Assembly: GCA_002347645.1 (NCBI GenBank)
Contig: DDYF01000034.1
Coordinates: 1,907-65,906, forward strand
DNA from: Thermoleophilia bacterium UBA2241
Lineage (GTDB): Bacteria > Actinomycetota > Thermoleophilia > UBA2241
Direction of reading: 5' to 3'
Length of the DNA: 64,000 nt
Within the stretch, counting starts at the first letter, position 1. Each line of letters begins with the position of its first letter. The notes beneath the pieces were generated by a model, which did not search any database, was not told the DNA's origin, and saw only the letters and a list, made by a program, of their open reading frames with translations. The position numbers and the translations under genes are program-made. Below are positions 61,372 through 64,000 of this stretch, piece after piece.

Positions 61372-61968
61372 GTGCCGCGCATCGACTACAAGCTCATCGA
61401 GGACCTCGTCCCGGAAGGAGCGACGGTGCTGGACCTCGCCTGCGGGGACGGCCAGCTTCTCGCCGAGCTGGTCCGCGAGAAGCACGTCCGCGGCAGCGGC
61501 GTCGAGATCTCGCAGGCGGCGGTCGAGGCCTGCGTCAGCAAGGGACTGTCGGTCTTCCACGGCGACCTGGACGAAGGGCTCGCCGACTTCCAGGACGGCT
61601 CTCACGACGTCGTTGTCCTGAGCCTCAGCCTGCAGCAGCTTCGACGCCCGCGGATGATCGTCAGCGAGATGACCCGAGTCGGCCGTCTGGCGATCGTCAG
61701 CTTCCCCAACTTCGCCCACTGGGCGGTCCGCGCGCAGCTCTTCTTCCTCGGCCGCATGCCGGTCTCGAAGGAGATCCCGTATCAGTGGTGGGACACGCCG
61801 AACATCCACCTCTGCGCGATCCGCGACTTCCGCAAGCTGTGTCGCGAGGAGGGCCTGTGCATTGAGCATGAGGTCTACCTGCGATCGCTCGACGCGCCGC
61901 CACCCCGGCGCCAGATCGCGCCCGACCTCATGGCGCGCATCGCGATCTTCGCCGTGACGCGCTGCTGA
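61372..61968 (+). CDS. metW: methionine biosynthesis protein MetW
   Basis: 198-aa ORF directly after metX. VLDLACGDGQLL, SLQQLRRP, SFPNFAHW, WYDTPNIH-like WWDTPNIHLCAIRDF. Confidence 0.85.
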   Translation: MPRIDYKLIEDLVPEGATVLDLACGDGQLLAELVREKHVRGSGVEISQAAVEACVSKGLSVFHGDLDEGLADFQDGSHDVVVLSLSLQQLRRPRMIVSEMTRVGRLAIVSFPNFAHWAVRAQLFFLGRMPVSKEIPYQWWDTPNIHLCAIRDFRKLCREEGLCIEHEVYLRSLDAPPPRRQIAPDLMARIAIFAVTRC

Positions 61969-62110
61969 AGGCGTCCGGCTTGTCGCCGACGGCGCCCGGG
62001 TCGCGCCGGAGGGGGCCGGCGGGTATAACCCTTCATACAACACAAGGGGAGCGCGCCCCGTGGCCCGAGCGCCGCTGAGGACTCGCTTCACAGAACAGCA
62101 GGAGGAAGCA

Positions 62111-62449
62111 GTGCCTCAAGGCAAGGTCAAATGGTTCTCGACCGAGAAGGCCTACGGGTTCATCGCGCAGGAGGACGACAACGATATCTTCGTGCACGTC
62201 ACCGGACTCGCCCCCGGCGTGACGTCACTCGAGACCGACCAGCTCGTGGAGTTCGAGGTCACGCAGGGCCGCAAGGGTAACCAGGCCGCCAACGTGCGGC
62301 CGGCCACGGCCGCGGCGCCCGAGGCGACAGAGCCGGAGGCCGCGGCGCCCGAGGCGACAGAGCCGGAGGCAGAGCCGGAGATCGCGGCGACGGAGGACGA
62401 AGGCGCCGAGGAACCGGCTGACGACGACCTTCCGGACAGCGCCGAGTAA
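62111..62449 (+). CDS. cold-shock domain protein with an acidic Ala/Glu/Pro-rich C-terminal extension
   Basis: GTG at residue 18 of ORF 62060..62449, with GGAGGA upstream. GKVKWFSTEKAYGFI (RNP1-like) and DIFVHV (RNP2-like), followed by a 45-aa acidic tail. Confidence 0.85.
   Translation: MPQGKVKWFSTEKAYGFIAQEDDNDIFVHVTGLAPGVTSLETDQLVEFEVTQGRKGNQAANVRPATAAAPEATEPEAAAPEATEPEAEPEIAATEDEGAEEPADDDLPDSAE
62311..62370 (+). repeat. perfect 30-nt tandem duplication inside the csp tail (encodes AAPEATEPEA x2)
   Basis: cgcggcgcccgaggcgacagagccggaggc occurs at 62311-62340 and again at 62341-62370, followed by a partial agagccggag. Confidence 0.95.
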
Positions 62450-62474
62450 GCGCCACGCACACCTGACGACCGGC

Positions 62475-62520
62475 GGGGGTGGCCGCGGGACCGGGCTCGG
62501 CCGGTCCGGCGGCCACCCCC
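62475..62520 (+). terminator. long GC hairpin downstream of csp
   Basis: GGGGGTGGCCGC...GCGGCCACCCCC (12-bp outer stem) encloses GGACCGG-GCTCGG-CCGGTCC (7-bp inner stem). It begins 25 nt after the TAA. Confidence 0.65.
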
Positions 62521-62581
62521 CTGTCTGCCCGGGGACTCCATCGGGTACGATGCTCGTGGCACGCCTGTGAAGGAGGGGCAC

Positions 62582-63220
62582 ATGCTCGAGCGCGTCCACT
62601 GGCTCGGTCACGATTCGTTCCGTCTCGACGGCAGCAGCGTCGTCTACATCGACCCGTGGAAGCTGCCGCTGGGGCAGCCCACGGCGCACGTCGTCCTGGT
62701 CACGCACGACCACTACGACCACTACAGCGCCGACGACATCGCTCGCGTCGCCGGTCCCGACACGGTGGTCGTGGGCCCGTCCGCGGTGACGGCGAAGGTC
62801 CGGGGCCAGGCGACGCGCACGATCCGCCCGGGTGAGACGCTTGAAGTCAACACCGCGACCGTAACGGCGGTGCCGGCCTACAACGTCGACAAGTTCAAGC
62901 AGCCCGGGGTCGTGTACCACTCCCGGGACGCCGGTCACGTCGGGTACATCGTCGCGATGGACGGGATGCGCATCTACCACGCCGGCGACACCGACGCGAT
63001 CCCCGAGATGGAGGCCGTCGACGTGGACGTCGCGTTGCTGCCGGTCGGCGGGACGTACACCATGACGGCCGAGGAGGCGGCGCGCGCCTGCACGATGCTC
63101 CGGACGGCAGTCGCGGTGCCCATGCACTTCGGGGACATCGTGGGCTCAAGGGATGACGCCCGGGTCTTCGAGCGTCTGTGCACAGTGCCCGTGACCATCC
63201 TCGACCCCGAGAGAGACTGA
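62582..63220 (+). CDS. MBL-fold metallo-hydrolase (UPF0173-like)
   Basis: ATG at residue 6 of ORF 62567..63220, after GAAGGAGGGG. VLVTHDHYDHY (HxHxDH-like), YHAGDT, and the PVGGTYTM...PMHFG pattern. Confidence 0.8.
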   Translation: MLERVHWLGHDSFRLDGSSVVYIDPWKLPLGQPTAHVVLVTHDHYDHYSADDIARVAGPDTVVVGPSAVTAKVRGQATRTIRPGETLEVNTATVTAVPAYNVDKFKQPGVVYHSRDAGHVGYIVAMDGMRIYHAGDTDAIPEMEAVDVDVALLPVGGTYTMTAEEAARACTMLRTAVAVPMHFGDIVGSRDDARVFERLCTVPVTILDPERD

Positions 63221-63257
63221 AGCGAATCGCCGGCGGCAGCCTGACGAGGAGGATGCG

Positions 63258-63605
63258 ATGGACGTCGTTCACGCCGTGCCCACCGAGAGCCTGTCGGAGA
63301 AGCTGAGCGTCCAGCGTCTCAGCGACGTGCTGGAGCTCTCGCAGATGCGCGCCAACGTCTACACGCTTGCCGAGGGCTCCATGTTGCGGCACCTCCACCG
63401 CGAGCAGGAGGAGTTCTACCTCGTCCTCGACGGAACGGCCATGATCGACGTCGACGAGGCGCGGTACAAGGTCGGCGAGCGCGACGCGCTCGCCGTTCCG
63501 GCCCGCGCCTGGCACAGGGTGTCCAACGTCGGCGTTGGTCCGCTCACCTTCCTCGTCGTGGCCGCTCCGCCGACGGCCGACGACGCCGAGATCGCGACCG
63601 GCTGA
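63258..63605 (+). CDS. cupin-domain protein
   Basis: 115-aa ORF. HLHREQEEFYLVLDG and AWHRVSNVG resemble cupin motifs 1 and 2. Confidence 0.7.
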   Translation: MDVVHAVPTESLSEKLSVQRLSDVLELSQMRANVYTLAEGSMLRHLHREQEEFYLVLDGTAMIDVDEARYKVGERDALAVPARAWHRVSNVGVGPLTFLVVAAPPTADDAEIATG

Positions 63606-63630
63606 GGGGTCCCGCGGGCGCGGCCGGGTC

Positions 63631-64000
63631 ATGGTCGGCATCGACGAAGACGCTCCCTCGGTCGTGCTGGTCGCGCACGACGGGCAGGTCTTCGACCTCG
63701 GGGCTCCCGGACAGCACCTCGTCGTCTTCTTCATCGAGGACGCGAGCGGTGCGCGCAGTATCGGCCAGGCCGTGGACTTCAACGACCACCTCGCGGGGTT
63801 CAGACAGCTCGGTGTGCAGGCCGTGGGGGTCGGTATCGACCGCCCCGGACTGATCGCCGGCCTGGCGTCGGCGCACGATCTGGGCTGTCCGCTGGTCAGT
63901 GACGCGGAGCGCACTGTCTGTCGTGCCTTCGGCGTAGTCGGCACCCGCCGTGGCCGCCCACGCGCGGCCACCTTCATGATCGACAGGTCGGGGCTCGTGA
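63631..64000 (+). CDS. redoxin/BCP-like protein lacking the peroxidatic Cys (partial, runs off the window)
   Basis: ATG 63631, open to the window end. HLVVFFIEDASGARSIGQAVDF...LGVQAVGVGID...LGCPLVSDAERTVCRAFGV...AATFMIDRSGLV follows the BCP/AhpC layout, but the TPGC position reads SGAR. Confidence 0.55.
   Translation, partial: MVGIDEDAPSVVLVAHDGQVFDLGAPGQHLVVFFIEDASGARSIGQAVDFNDHLAGFRQLGVQAVGVGIDRPGLIAGLASAHDLGCPLVSDAERTVCRAFGVVGTRRGRPRAATFMIDRSGLV

Noticed and set aside
1-64000. Search for mobile-element hallmarks (integrase, transposase, long inverted or direct repeats, a tRNA target) around the 5.7-33.3 kb island.
   Set aside because: None was recognised by eye. The only boundary repeat is the 34-nt cooS-end duplicate, reported separately. 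The island is therefore not called a mobile element.

Overview
Very GC-rich, GC3-skewed bacterial chromosome segment. The gene style looks Actinomycetota-like: many GTG starts, frequent GTGA/ATGA start-stop overlaps, an ECF sigma/anti-sigma pair and metX-metW. This taxonomic placement is inference only. The window is almost fully coding. I recognised no rRNA, tRNA, CRISPR array, transposase or integrase. It falls into three blocks. (1) 0.3-5.3 kb holds a secreted S55-type peptidase and rlmL. (2) 5.7-33.3 kb is a dense accessory-looking block. It contains one NACHT (STAND) NTPase that lacks a repeat sensor and four free-standing WD40 propeller proteins that share a non-repeat leader; two of these carry C-terminal zinc ribbons. 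It also contains a five-member family of ~120-aa paralogous small proteins I cannot assign to any family, TPR proteins, and a Clp-type AAA+ unfoldase operon with an FHA-like/zinc-ribbon gene and a YbjN-like gene. The remaining genes are a TIR/NDT-like-TPR protein, a degenerate PfkB-like-AAA+ fusion, a SLOG-like protein, a 2TM-RCK-RyR protein and a polytopic membrane protein fused to a propeller. I read this block as a candidate split NLR-like conflict or signalling system. (3) 33.5-64 kb is ordinary metabolism. It includes cooS plus ferredoxin, a 2-oxoacid:ferredoxin oxidoreductase, a CRP/FNR regulator with two tandem FNR-type boxes, and mmsA plus a TetR regulator. It also includes a peptide ABC transporter with a ykf-like murein-peptide recycling set, fabI, murB, metY-metX-metW, a cold-shock protein, an MBL hydrolase and a cupin. 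All domain calls come from motif recognition by eye and need HMM or structure confirmation. Internal start sites were derived from the supplied ORF track by residue counting.
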